From IMG/VR virus record IMGVR_UViG_3300040801_001224, positions 248,001 to 312,000 of that record: 64,000 nt of DNA; one strand, written 5' to 3'. This document shows positions 17,834 to 27,196 of this stretch, piece after piece; the stretch's first letter is position 1; every line of letters starts with the position of its first letter. The notes under the pieces were generated by a model. That model worked only from the letters and a program-made list of their open reading frames with translations. It did not search any database and was not told the DNA's origin. The position numbers and the translations under genes were made by a program.

Positions 17834-18697
17834 CAAAGTTAAGCAATGTCGCATATCGACGATAAGGCACTGAAAGGTGTCGAAGGATGGGAATCCAACA
17901 GCCCATCACCAGCAATGGTAGAGGTATGCAAGCCGAGACTCCAATAAGATATCAGTCATGCTGGTATTAGGAGACAAAGGCTCTCTTAGGGAAGTACCCC
18001 CAGGCCAACGGTGAGGGGCGAAAGTAACAGGTGAAGCTGACTACCTAGGGTTCAAAGAGCTAAGTTGACAGAGTCAAAGGGTAGTGTTACTTGTACAAGA
18101 CTTAGCGGTCGAGTGCTGTGACGCAGTCTTATAGGTAGTGTCCACAACCAGGGCATAATATCTAGAAAGACAACTGAAAAGTAACCTTAGCGGGTGAAAC
18201 AGTATTCGGTGTAGCGTATTCTGTACTCCAAAAGAGTATGGACCGTTTTAGAGGCGCACATCGAGGTTGGTTTAAGTTAGCTCAATTGGTTAGAGCAACG
18301 GCATTTTGGAGCCGTGGGTTCTTGGTTCAATTCCAAGACTTACATACAAAAACGCAAAGACGCCTCTACGTAGTAGTAACGATTAAATGACTTAATTGTC
18401 CGTACACTCCGGTGAATACGGAATAGGTTGAACTCGCAAGGTGACGCCTAGTTTGTTTGAAGTCGCACATTGGATTTAGCGATCCTTAACTGCTCGCAAG
18501 GCAGATGGAACACTGACAGCAGAAACGACTACTATAAAAGTGTAAACGCCAGCACTATAAAATGGGCAGTCATGCTTGATACCGAAAGACGAGACCACGG
18601 TCTGTCCAAGGGGAGTAGGGCTTAACTAGCAAGGTCGCACTTGTTAGGTACGAGTTCCGAATGATCAAGTGTAATACGTCCTAACTCTCAGACGTAT
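17834..18697 (+). ncRNA. probable GOLLD giant ncRNA with embedded tRNA-like domain
   Basis: about 860 nt with no ORF over 60 aa, GC-richer, many hairpins, two CTCGCAAGG motifs, 3' GTGTAAT..CTAACTCTCAG hairpin, tRNA-cluster context; family assignment from memory. Confidence 0.7.
18271..18344 (+). tRNA. tRNA-like domain (Gln TTG-like, 8-nt loop, no CCA) inside the giant RNA
   Basis: GCTCAATTGGTTAGAGC D arm, ACGGC/GCCGT, CTTGG-TTCAATT-CCAAG. Confidence 0.7.
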
Positions 18698-18783
18698 CTA
18701 ATTTATCATTTAGGCAAAAGTATTCATAAAGTTTTCAGTGTTAAATTTAAGATAGATAAATAACACTGTACTTAATAAGTAAT

Positions 18784-18870
18784 GCCGAGGTGGAGGAACT
18801 GGTAGACTCGCGGTCTTTAGGTGTCCGTTCCATATTTGGAGTGTGGGTTCGACTCCCACCCTCGGCACCA
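18784..18870 (+). tRNA. tRNA-Leu(TAG)
   Basis: GCCGAGG/CCTCGGC, TTTAGGT loop, long variable arm. Confidence 0.9.
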
Positions 18871-18886
18871 ATTGAAAAGTTTTAAT

Positions 18887-18962
18887 GCCACTATAGCTCA
18901 GCTGGTAGAGCGCCACACTTGTAATGTGGATGTCCCGTGTTCGATTCATGGTGGTGGCACCA
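18887..18962 (+). tRNA. tRNA-Thr(TGT)
   Basis: CCACA-CTTGTAA-TGTGG, CCA. Confidence 0.95.
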
Positions 18963-19090
18963 AACATAATGGTCCTGTTCCTATAATAGCAGGTATTGGT
19001 GGTAGAAATGTGTAAACGGTTTAAGGGCACCACCCTTCCTTAAACTCCGGACGATACGTAACCGGCCATAAATTTAAGGAGAATATTAAG

Positions 19091-19167
19091 GGGGCGGTAG
19101 CTCAATTTGGGAGAGCACCTGTTTTGCAGGCAGGCGGTTGCGGATTCAAGTTCCGCCCGCTCCACCA
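19091..19167 (+). tRNA. tRNA-Ala(TGC)
   Basis: G3:U70, CCTGT-TTTGCAG-GCAGG, CCA. Confidence 0.93.
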
Positions 19168-19217
19168 GTCCGACTCAATAAAACTCCACCAAAATTCCTA
19201 TATAGATAAATACTAAT

Positions 19218-20048
19218 ATGATAGGAAAATGCTCATGTGTTATATGTAAAAAACAGTACTCTGGAAAGGGGATACACACCCATGCCGACAGAACTCATGG
19301 TGACGAAGAGACAAAAGCCAAATATAGTTCAGGATATAATGGCAGATACAATGATCCAGAACATATGAAAAACTTAAAAAAGTCATTAAAAAAGTTTTAC
19401 GACAAAGAGTTAGGCCCTAAAAAAACATATAATGTTTCTTGCCATAAGTGTGGTAAAGATTTCGATGTAACCGAAAGAGAAAATCAATTTCCGTCTAAAG
19501 AAAAATATTTCTGTTCTGCAACTTGTAGAAATACTAGGTCGCATACAGAAGCCACAAAACAGAAAATAAAAAAATCACTCAGAAAATATAATGGGCCTGA
19601 AAAAATATATGAAAAGACATGCCCTTGGTGTAGTAAAATTCACACTACTAAGGAAAAAAATAAAAAATTCTGCTCGCGAGATTGTGCCACAAAACATAAA
19701 TCGGCAGAAGCCAGGAAACATCGTTCGGCATATAAGAACTACAGGGCAGATTGCGAATTTAGGTTTAATCTAAAAGATTATCCAGAAGAATTTAATTTCG
19801 CACTTATTGAAGAGCATGGATGGTATAGTGCGGCCAATAGAGGAAATAATCTATATGGTGTGAGCCGAGATCACATAGTAAGTGTGAAATACGGCTTTGA
19901 GAATAATATAGATCCAGCTATTATATCTCATCCAGCAAATTGCCAGTTAATGATACATTCGGACAATGTATCAAAATATACGAATAACGATTTAACAATC
20001 GACCAGCTTTTAGAGAAGATCGAAATCTGGAATAATAAATACATTTAA
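19218..20048 (+). mobile_element. HNH-type homing endonuclease gene with Zn-finger modules
   Basis: CxxC repeats, FCSxxC, SRDHIVSV..HPANCQLMIHSDNVSK. Confidence 0.85.
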
Positions 20049-20163
20049 CAACACCTTCTAAGCCTCTGTTTACATGCTCACCCCGGGAGGTTACTTAAAC
20101 GGCTCTCCAAGCCGCTCACGCTGAACAATTAGAGTTCATATGTCATGCTGTGGAGAGTTATTT

Positions 20164-20237
20164 GCGTCCATAGTTTAGTGGTAAAACGATAGCTTGCCAT
20201 GCTGTAGTCCCGAGTTCGACTCTCGGTGGACGCTCCA
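20164..20237 (+). tRNA. tRNA-Gly(GCC)
   Basis: GCGTCCA/TGGACGC, TTGCCAT loop, TCCA. Confidence 0.93.
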
Positions 20238-20371
20238 AACACGATGGTGGTCCGGGCTGATAAACTGGACGCCACCCAGTGTATTGTGGTGGATAGGCTG
20301 GAACCCTTTTGGAGCATGGTCCCAAAACTCTGAATAGAACGATCCTCTGCTCACATCACATAGTTTATATT

Positions 20372-21397
20372 ATGATAAAATACATTCTATTACTCTTATT
20401 ATTGGTTGGTTGCTCAGGTGATGATAACCCTGAGCCTGTTACTGAATTCGGCTTTACTATGCTTCAGCCCAATTCATACCAATTACAGTGGCCTGAAGAT
20501 CCAGATGCCACATATTACGTCATAGAAACAAACACAACGTCCAATATACTTAACATTGACTTATCAACTGTTGAATTGACTGATAACAAATATGTGTTTG
20601 AGTGGGATGTATTATTCAACGGCTCAGTACATCATAGGATAACGGCATGTACGATGAGTGGCTGTAAGGAGCCTGGAGAATGGTTATTAATATTTGAAGT
20701 GCCCCAATTTCCGGATACGCCATATCAGATAGACGTTCTAGCTGTATATGACAATAGAGCGTTTGATATAGACAACGGTATCGCAACTAAAATAAACAGG
20801 GACTTTGCTAAAATCAACGACATACTGCTCAATAACAATTTAGAGAGCTATGTAAAGTTTAACTTGGTGACAATGCGTCTGGACAGAACGTTTGATTGGC
20901 CACGTGACAACACAAGTGCTAATGAAGCGTTAATAAACGATCCTGAAATACAGGCATTGCGTGATGATGCTGGTGCAGATATAGTTATAGGTATAAACAC
21001 TGATCCGGGTTTCCCTGGTGGTGGTACCGGCAAAATGTATATGGATTCGGATAGAAAACAATTCTTCACGTTTTACACATACACCGAAATAGAACAACAG
21101 GCATACGCCACAGTAGCACAATATACGTTAGGTTCGGAAGATCACGTACTCTTACATGAGATGCTACACACATTTGGGTTACAGCATGACCTACAGACAG
21201 CGTTCATAGACTTCAATGTCAGTGCTGAATATTCTTATGCTCATGGTTTGCAGAGTGAACGGGAATGTACTATTATGGCAAGGGCGTGTCCACGTAATCT
21301 AATACTAGCAGATGAACCCACTAATACCGGTGGTTTTTCATCAAGTAACAAATTGCGTTTTATGGAAACAATTCCTGTTATAGCAGATTTTAGATAA
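20372..21397 (+). CDS. lipoprotein metzincin (reprolysin-like) zinc metallopeptidase
   Basis: lipobox LVG|C; HEMLHTFGLQHD; Met-turn CTIMA. Confidence 0.85.
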   Translation: MIKYILLLLLLVGCSGDDNPEPVTEFGFTMLQPNSYQLQWPEDPDATYYVIETNTTSNILNIDLSTVELTDNKYVFEWDVLFNGSVHHRITACTMSGCKEPGEWLLIFEVPQFPDTPYQIDVLAVYDNRAFDIDNGIATKINRDFAKINDILLNNNLESYVKFNLVTMRLDRTFDWPRDNTSANEALINDPEIQALRDDAGADIVIGINTDPGFPGGGTGKMYMDSDRKQFFTFYTYTEIEQQAYATVAQYTLGSEDHVLLHEMLHTFGLQHDLQTAFIDFNVSAEYSYAHGLQSERECTIMARACPRNLILADEPTNTGGFSSSNKLRFMETIPVIADFR

Positions 21398-21402
21398 AAC
21401 TA

Positions 21403-21431
21403 TTGACAATCCCACTATCCTGTAGTATAAT
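21403..21431 (+). promoter_or_regulatory. sigma70-type early promoter with CCAC box
   Basis: TTGACA-17-TATAAT. Confidence 0.85.
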
Positions 21432-21437
21432 ACCTAT

Positions 21438-21773
21438 ATGAAAGTTACAGGAACGCAAACTAAAGAAGTTAAGATTGAAATTAGTGATTATCAGATTGAA
21501 AAGATCATTAGAAAATCCAACTTACCCATTAAAGAATACGCAAATATATTAGAATCTAAATATATTAGAGAAGTATTCAAGGAAGATGGTTACAGCGAAT
21601 CCAACTACCCAGTATATGATTATGAACGTAAAAAATGGGAAATATGGGTTGAAGCATATCATGGTAGTGATTGGACTAATCCTGTTCGTGATGCAACAGA
21701 GAATGAAATTGCTGTAATGAATGCTATTCAAGAAATTAGAAATGTGTTCCTCGCAGAAGAGTTAATTAAATAA
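21438..21773 (+). CDS. hypothetical protein
   Basis: ORF track, after promoter. Confidence 0.7.
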   Translation: MKVTGTQTKEVKIEISDYQIEKIIRKSNLPIKEYANILESKYIREVFKEDGYSESNYPVYDYERKKWEIWVEAYHGSDWTNPVRDATENEIAVMNAIQEIRNVFLAEELIK

Positions 21774-21976
21774 TGGATAGAATACCAACCATAAATCATA
21801 CGGACCGTCCGGTTGGCCATGATAAATATGATGACATGCTATTCCGTACTCTAGATGAATTTATGGAAATGCATGATCAAGACTATCTCACAATATCTAG
21901 ATTTGATGGTGAGCTAGTTGCTCGTGTAGGTATTGAAGATTTATTTAAGTACATGAAAGAGTACATGGATCGGTAA
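21773..21976 (+). CDS. hypothetical protein
   Basis: TAATG coupling. Confidence 0.65.
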   Translation: MDRIPTINHTDRPVGHDKYDDMLFRTLDEFMEMHDQDYLTISRFDGELVARVGIEDLFKYMKEYMDR

Positions 21977-22161
21977 TGTTCTTTTTAGAGTTACCTAGAC
22001 CATGGTACACCTATACAGTCAAAGATCTAGGAGTGGTTGAAAGTACTGTTAAAAGGAATAGAAAGATTGTTTTTACGGCCATGATGGAGAGTGATAATCC
22101 TGAATGGTTGAGAAAGTTAAAGCAACAGGAAAGGTTGCTTGAAAGATTAAAGGGTGCGTAA
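21976..22161 (+). CDS. hypothetical protein
   Basis: TAATG coupling; stop lies inside tRNA-Asn. Confidence 0.6.
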   Translation: MFFLELPRPWYTYTVKDLGVVESTVKRNRKIVFTAMMESDNPEWLRKLKQQERLLERLKGA

Positions 22162-22226
22162 CTCAGTGGTAGAGTAGTCGGCTGTTAACCGATAGGTCGG
22201 ATGTTCGAATCATCCCGTGCCCGCCA
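22152..22226 (+). tRNA. tRNA-Asn(GTT)
   Basis: GTCGG-CTGTTAA-CCGAT, GCCA. Confidence 0.93.
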
Positions 22227-22230
22227 AATT

Positions 22231-22309
22231 TTGAAGTACCCTAGAAGCAAGGGAAACCAAGTCGGAGACATTTTATATGTTGGTCAGGCGACAGGCGAGG
22301 GTACTTCAA
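22231..22309 (+). ncRNA. small RNA cassette with 12-bp perfect closing stem
   Basis: TTGAAGTACCCT/AGGGTACTTCAA. Confidence 0.55.
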
Positions 22310-22328
22310 TTTTATATTAAGGTAGAAC

Positions 22329-22751
22329 ATGCAGATATTAACATTCATAGAAGACAGGGAAGCGTATGCCATTGACATAATGCAGGTCAAAGAAATTATA
22401 CGTTTAGATGAAAGTGCTGTGCGTCCTGTGCCTGGTGAAGGACCAGAGCATTATGGTTTAATGTATTTGCGTGAGACACCAATCAGTGTATTTAATGCCA
22501 ACATTGTGTTAGGATTAGCCGACACTGAAATAACAGATGAAACCCGTATTATTATATTGGAAGACGACGGACAGTTATATGGATTTTCATGTGACTCAAT
22601 ACGTGAAATATATCGGGTAGATGAAGGGGATATACAGAACCCTGTGGAACGTAGTAGATTTATACGTGGGGTTATATACTGTAAGGAACGTGATGAAACA
22701 GTCGTAATACTGGATCACGAAAACTTATTTGAATCCTTTTCAGAAAGATAA
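22329..22751 (+). CDS. cheW: chemotaxis coupling protein CheW
   Basis: YAIDIMQVKEII, GLMYLRETPISVF, RIIILE, GFSCDSIREI, FIRGVI, VVILDHENL. Confidence 0.9.
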   Translation: MQILTFIEDREAYAIDIMQVKEIIRLDESAVRPVPGEGPEHYGLMYLRETPISVFNANIVLGLADTEITDETRIIILEDDGQLYGFSCDSIREIYRVDEGDIQNPVERSRFIRGVIYCKERDETVVILDHENLFESFSER

Positions 22752-22752
22752 T

Positions 22753-22809
22753 CGGGGTGTAGCTCAGTCTGGTAGTGTTCACTATTTGAGCAAATTTTTA
22801 CTCCGACCA
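22753..22809 (+). pseudogene. internally deleted tRNA-Pro relic
   Basis: CGGGGTG-TAGCTCAGTCTGGTAG 5' part and TACTCCG-ACCA 3' end; anticodon and T arms absent. Confidence 0.7.
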
Positions 22810-22822
22810 GATAAATATATGT

Positions 22823-23422
22823 ATGGATTATAACGAATACATAAATGAAGATGGCACGTATACCTCTCCGAAAAACGGAAAAGTATATAAGTCAAAAAAA
22901 GCGTTAATATCGCATTTAAACTTTAAGAAATCTAAAACTACTGGATTCGCGGTAGTGAATAACACTAAAGTAAAATGTCAATATTGTGAGAAAGAAACTA
23001 CGCCACCGAATATTAAGAAGCATGAAGAATCATGTTATATGAATCCAAAAAATATTCGAGAATGTGTAGTTTGTGGGACGATCATTAAGAACAAGGAAAG
23101 TAAAGGAACTTGTTCACATGCTTGTTCAAACACGTATTACCGCCATGGTAAAGAAGGTGGAACGCAATATAAAACAGATGAAGAGCTTATATCAAGGAAT
23201 AGATATCAAGACCTTTGTTTTAGGCACCATGGTAAAGAATGTATCGTGTGTGGTGAAAAAAAGATTGTAGCGGCACACCATATAAACCACGACCACAATG
23301 ATAATCGTGTAGAAAATTTAGTTCCTCTATGTCCGACGCATCATCAGTACATACACAGTAGGTACGCAGATGAAGTACAACCATACATAGATGAATTTTT
23401 AGAAAAGTTAAACTCTCTGTAG
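22823..23422 (+). mobile_element. HNH homing endonuclease gene
   Basis: CIVCG..VAAHHINHDHNDNRVENLVPLCPTHH. Confidence 0.92.
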
Positions 23423-23488
23423 TGTAGTCTGGTAACACCCATGCTTTGGGAGCATGTATCTCAAGTTCGAATCTTGACAGAGAGACCA
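23413..23488 (+). tRNA. tRNA-Pro(TGG)
   Basis: CTCTCTG/CAGAGAG, CATGC-TTTGGGA-GCATG; overlaps HNH stop. Confidence 0.93.
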
Positions 23489-23495
23489 AAATTTA

Positions 23496-23572
23496 GGAAC
23501 GGTAGTTCAGTTGGTTAGAATACCGGCCTGTCACGCCGGGGGTCGCGGGTTCGAATCCCGTCCGTTCCGCCA
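23496..23572 (+). tRNA. tRNA-Asp(GTC), second copy
   Basis: canonical cloverleaf, GCCA. Confidence 0.96.
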
Positions 23573-23599
23573 AATTTAACAACATAAGGAAATGAAACA

Positions 23600-23932
23600 A
23601 TGAAATAGACTAAACCAACATTACGTTTGTGGAAATGGGGAGAAGATAGATTTTCCCATCTTGGATACAAAATATTCACAGTGTTTTACTGTAAGTACTT
23701 TGACTTTTATATATTTAAATATCAACCAGGTGCCTATATACCAAAACACAAAGATCCAGGAAAATGGCATTACAGATTAAATTTTATATTTGGTGGTGAT
23801 GGCAAGTTTATATGTAAAGGTGCGTTAATAAACACCAAGTACATAACACTGTTTAGAGCGGACAAGTATTACCATAAGACAACACCAACTTCCACGACAC
23901 GTTATGTTGTAAGTTTTGGTCTAAAGTTTTGA
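23600..23932 (+). CDS. 2OG-Fe(II) oxygenase-like protein with in-frame TAG at codon 3 from the best start (or TTG start at 23627)
   Basis: IPKHKDPG (HxD), HYRLNF, distal H and RYVVSFG; AAGGA-9nt-ATG AAA TAG in frame. Confidence 0.65.
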
Positions 23933-23999
23933 GCCATTGAGGCCAGCCTAAGGATTCTAAACCCAGAAGGCGCCGGTTCAAGTCCGGCATGGCTCACCA
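23931..23999 (+). tRNA. aberrant 69-nt tRNA-like gene, possible CTA anticodon
   Basis: GAGCCAT/ATGGCTC-ACCA and GCCGG-TTCAAGT-CCGGC perfect; tiny D arm; weak anticodon stem around TTCTAAA. Confidence 0.5.
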
Positions 24000-24012
24000 A
24001 ATTGTATAAGGA

Positions 24013-24288
24013 ATGATAATGGATAAATCATACGATATTTTAATTTATGGGCGACCGGGTTGTCCTTTTTGTACCCGAGCAGTTCAATTTGCAGAAGGTA
24101 CATCAGAGTCAAATCCAAAGTTTAACTTTGAATACACTGATATCTGGAAAGAAGGCATCACAATGGAACACTTGAGTGAATGTGCAGGCAAAGATGTTAG
24201 AACAGTGCCACAGATATTTGCTAATGAAAAGCATGTTGGTGGCTGTGATGATTTTGAACGTTTCCTTATACAGGAAGATTTAATATAG
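24013..24288 (+). CDS. grxA: glutaredoxin (GrxA-like)
   Basis: YGRPGCPFC, TVPQIF, GGCDDF. Confidence 0.92.
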   Translation: MIMDKSYDILIYGRPGCPFCTRAVQFAEGTSESNPKFNFEYTDIWKEGITMEHLSECAGKDVRTVPQIFANEKHVGGCDDFERFLIQEDLI

Positions 24289-24291
24289 AAT

Positions 24292-24626
24292 ATTTGCTCC
24301 TCGTTAAACACTAAGGTACCTGATGCGAGGCGAAGGGTTCAATTCCCGGGTGAGGACGTTGCACAACTATCCTTGCCTAGTACCAGAGCAAATTTTTTGA
24401 TACTGAGATGTAAAAACATGCGTGACGAGAATCGCCCCTTAAATGGGCTTGGAGAGAGCGATTTCCCTTTCAGTATTAACTTTTTAATGCGTACAGACCT
24501 CAAAGGTGTACCGCTGAAGCTTGGTCCAAGTAGACACGTAGAGCTTCATGTTGACTGGGTGAGAGGCCCTTTGCGTTGTAGGTAGGGATGCGGCCACCGG
24601 CTTTGAGGAAACCTTCTACGCATTAA
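24292..24626 (+). ncRNA. three tandem stem-enclosed RNA cassettes
   Basis: 24292-24393 (8 bp, internal GGGTTCAATTCCC), 24397-24479 (10 bp), 24484-24626 (10 bp plus CCTCAAAG/CTTTGAGG). Confidence 0.65.
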
Positions 24627-24637
24627 TTTATTTTATT

Positions 24638-24901
24638 ATGAAAGAAATATACTTAGTTATAGCAGGCGTTGACCATGGACACTCATTCCTCATGGGTGCC
24701 TTCCCGGACCGGGATGAAGCACAGCGTTTACTCAATGAATTGGAATTTCACCAGAAAGTGGGCGTGGCACCTTCTGACATGCCTTACAGAGCTAAGTATT
24801 TCGATTATGTCTATATACACGAAACAACGTTATATGACAATCGCAAGCAATTGGAAGATTCGGCACAAGAGTTCGAACCAATTCCACCTTTTAGAAAATA
24901 A
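24638..24901 (+). CDS. hypothetical protein
   Basis: ORF track. Confidence 0.65.
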   Translation: MKEIYLVIAGVDHGHSFLMGAFPDRDEAQRLLNELEFHQKVGVAPSDMPYRAKYFDYVYIHETTLYDNRKQLEDSAQEFEPIPPFRK

Positions 24902-24906
24902 TTATT

Positions 24907-24984
24907 ACCCCTGTAGCTCAGTGGAATTAGAGCAAGCGGCTTCTACCCGCTCGGTCGGGAGTTCGAATCTCTCCGGGGGTGCCA
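24907..24984 (+). tRNA. tRNA-Arg(TCT)
   Basis: AGCGG-CTTCTAC-CCGCT, GCCA. Confidence 0.94.
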
Positions 24985-25022
24985 AACATTCAGATAAATA
25001 TTAAAAACACAAGGAGAACGGC

Positions 25023-25928
25023 ATGAAACTAATCGTAATTTTATTCCTATCCTTATTCGTTGTATCCTGTGGGGGTGGAGGGAATAAGAGAGATGATACC
25101 AGACAGCCTCCAGTAATACCACCGCAGAAACCCTTTGTGGAAATATTTCCTGAATACAGGACTTATTTAAAAATGTATGGAACCCAGGATCAAATAAACA
25201 AAAACTCATGGGTATTCACAAGTCATAAAATCGACTATGAAGAATGTGAACGAAACGACACATCTCCCTGTCGGAAGACCAAAAAGCTATATTACTATGA
25301 CGCAAACCATGTTCCTGGTCGTGAAACAAAATGGACTTTTAACTTAACTGTTAATAAGTATAACATAATTGATCCACCTTACTGGATTATCATATTCCAA
25401 GATTGGTTCGATTATGATCCGAATGATTTTACTCCATCAGGCGCACAAGGCGGTAATCCACCATTTCAGACATTGAAGCTAAAAGAGTTTAGGGGTGCCT
25501 TACATTTAGGTGTGTTCAACAACAGGTGGCAATGGAACTATGACTATAACAATCCATATAATCCAACCGACCCAAGTGCCAATGACATTGACAAGCGACC
25601 AGTAAATGAACTAACAGGTTCCATACCGTTAGTCGTTGGAAGAACGTATCCAGTTGAAATAATCATTAGAGATGGCATAACACTTGAGCGTGGCAGTGTA
25701 CAGGTCAAGGTAAACGGTCGTCAGGTGAGCAACCAGTTTTACCGAACAAAGCCAGACAGATCTCCCCGCCCTGGTGCTGTTCAATTTGGACAATACTGGG
25801 ATAGAGAATACAATGGAAGAATTAATGGTTGTGTTGAAGCAACAGGCGAGTTAGAAAAGGACTGTAAGAGCAACACAGTAACTATAGAAAACTTCAGAGT
25901 ATTTGAGCGGAACGCTTTAACACAATAA
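25023..25928 (+). CDS. lipoprotein, possible polysaccharide-lyase-like beta-jelly roll
   Basis: lipobox VVS|CGGGG; WIIIFQDW and QFGQYW resemble lyase-fold strands; function tentative. Confidence 0.5.
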   Translation: MKLIVILFLSLFVVSCGGGGNKRDDTRQPPVIPPQKPFVEIFPEYRTYLKMYGTQDQINKNSWVFTSHKIDYEECERNDTSPCRKTKKLYYYDANHVPGRETKWTFNLTVNKYNIIDPPYWIIIFQDWFDYDPNDFTPSGAQGGNPPFQTLKLKEFRGALHLGVFNNRWQWNYDYNNPYNPTDPSANDIDKRPVNELTGSIPLVVGRTYPVEIIIRDGITLERGSVQVKVNGRQVSNQFYRTKPDRSPRPGAVQFGQYWDREYNGRINGCVEATGELEKDCKSNTVTIENFRVFERNALTQ

Positions 25929-25945
25929 AAAAACATAAGGAGAAC

Positions 25946-26398
25946 GTGATGTTCGACGAAAGCAAATTAGCCGAACTTAAAGAAGCTATTCAAAACTCAA
26001 GTAAGACTACAAAAGTTTATGTCGGTTCAGACAGCAAAAGAAACAAAGCAGGTAGAGTACGTTTCGCAACAATCGCAATTTTACATATAGATGGCAATAA
26101 GGGTGGACAAGTGTTTAGCTTTATTGATCATGAAATGGATTATTCTCCAAATAAAAATCCACGCTTACGTCTTGTTATGGAAGCTTACAGAGCGGCTGAT
26201 TTAGCGGCGGCTATCCTTCCTGAAGTTGGAGATCGTGACTTCGAAATACATCTTGACCTTAACTCTAATCCAGACTATAAGTCAAATACGGCTATACGTG
26301 AAGCGGCTGGTTATGTATTAGGTATGACTGGCATCAAACCAAAAATGAAGCCCCAGGCTTGGGCAGCCAGCCATTGTGCTGACGTATACACCAAATAA
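25946..26398 (+). CDS. YkuK-like ribonuclease H-fold protein
   Basis: VYVGSDS, RLVMEAYR, EIHLDLN, KP.AWAASHCAD. Confidence 0.85.
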   Translation: MMFDESKLAELKEAIQNSSKTTKVYVGSDSKRNKAGRVRFATIAILHIDGNKGGQVFSFIDHEMDYSPNKNPRLRLVMEAYRAADLAAAILPEVGDRDFEIHLDLNSNPDYKSNTAIREAAGYVLGMTGIKPKMKPQAWAASHCADVYTK

Positions 26399-26433
26399 TT
26401 GTTTGTATTGAAGTCTAAGTGATAAATAAAAGT

Positions 26434-27186
26434 ATGGACAAACCATATCACTACGTTTATCGCATCACAAATCTCCTGGAGTCAAAACATTATTATGGCT
26501 CCAGGAGTTCGATAAATAAACCACATGAAGATCTTGGAGTTGTGTATTTTTCGTCAAGTAGTGACGAGCAGTTCAAGAAGCTTCAGGTGTCACAGCCAGA
26601 AATATTTAAATATAAGGTAATAAAATCATTTAGTAGCAGAGAGGATGCGATTTTATTTGAAATAAAGTTACATAAAAGATTCAATGTCAGTAGTGAAGAC
26701 AAGTTCTATAACAAAGCAATTCAGTTGACTTCTGGTTTCAGTAACTACGGAAATAAAGAGATAGGAGACAAAATTTCCGACAAAGCCATCGGCCGTTTTA
26801 AGGGGCAAACTTATGAAGAAATTTACGGTGAAAACAAAGCAACAGAACTAAGGAAATTGCGTTCTGAAAACATGAAAAGTCATTTGAAACAAAATCCAGG
26901 AATCAGAGACGGTGAAAAAAATCCAAATTATGGAAAAAAATGGAATGATGAAAAACGAAAAAAAATGTCTAAAAGACAACAGGGTGAAAACCACACTCAA
27001 TATGGTTACTTTTGGGTTACAGATGGCAAAATAAATAAAAAATTACCGCCGAACTCTGAAATACCCAACGGCTTCACAAAGGGAAGAACTTGGCCTATTA
27101 CACAATGTCCTCACTGTGGTTACGAAGGCCGTGGACCAAATATGAAAAGAATACACTTTGATAGATGTGAAGACAAAAATAAATAA
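26434..27186 (+). mobile_element. GIY-YIG-type homing endonuclease gene with NUMOD3-like repeats
   Basis: YHYVYRITN..KHYYGSR, YFSSS, FYNKA, GEKNPNYGKK. Confidence 0.85.
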
Positions 27187-27196
27187 TTGCCCAATT

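Noticed and set aside
13642-19033. ORF-track ORFs over the tRNA cluster (e.g. 13642, 14580, 14850, 14914, 15304, 16709, 16831, 18710, 18821)
   Set aside because: They are shadows of tRNA or ncRNA sequence with no SD or protein motifs.
24292-24393. hammerhead ribozyme (CTGATG...GAA)
   Set aside because: Core CUGANGA and GAAA consensus not satisfied.
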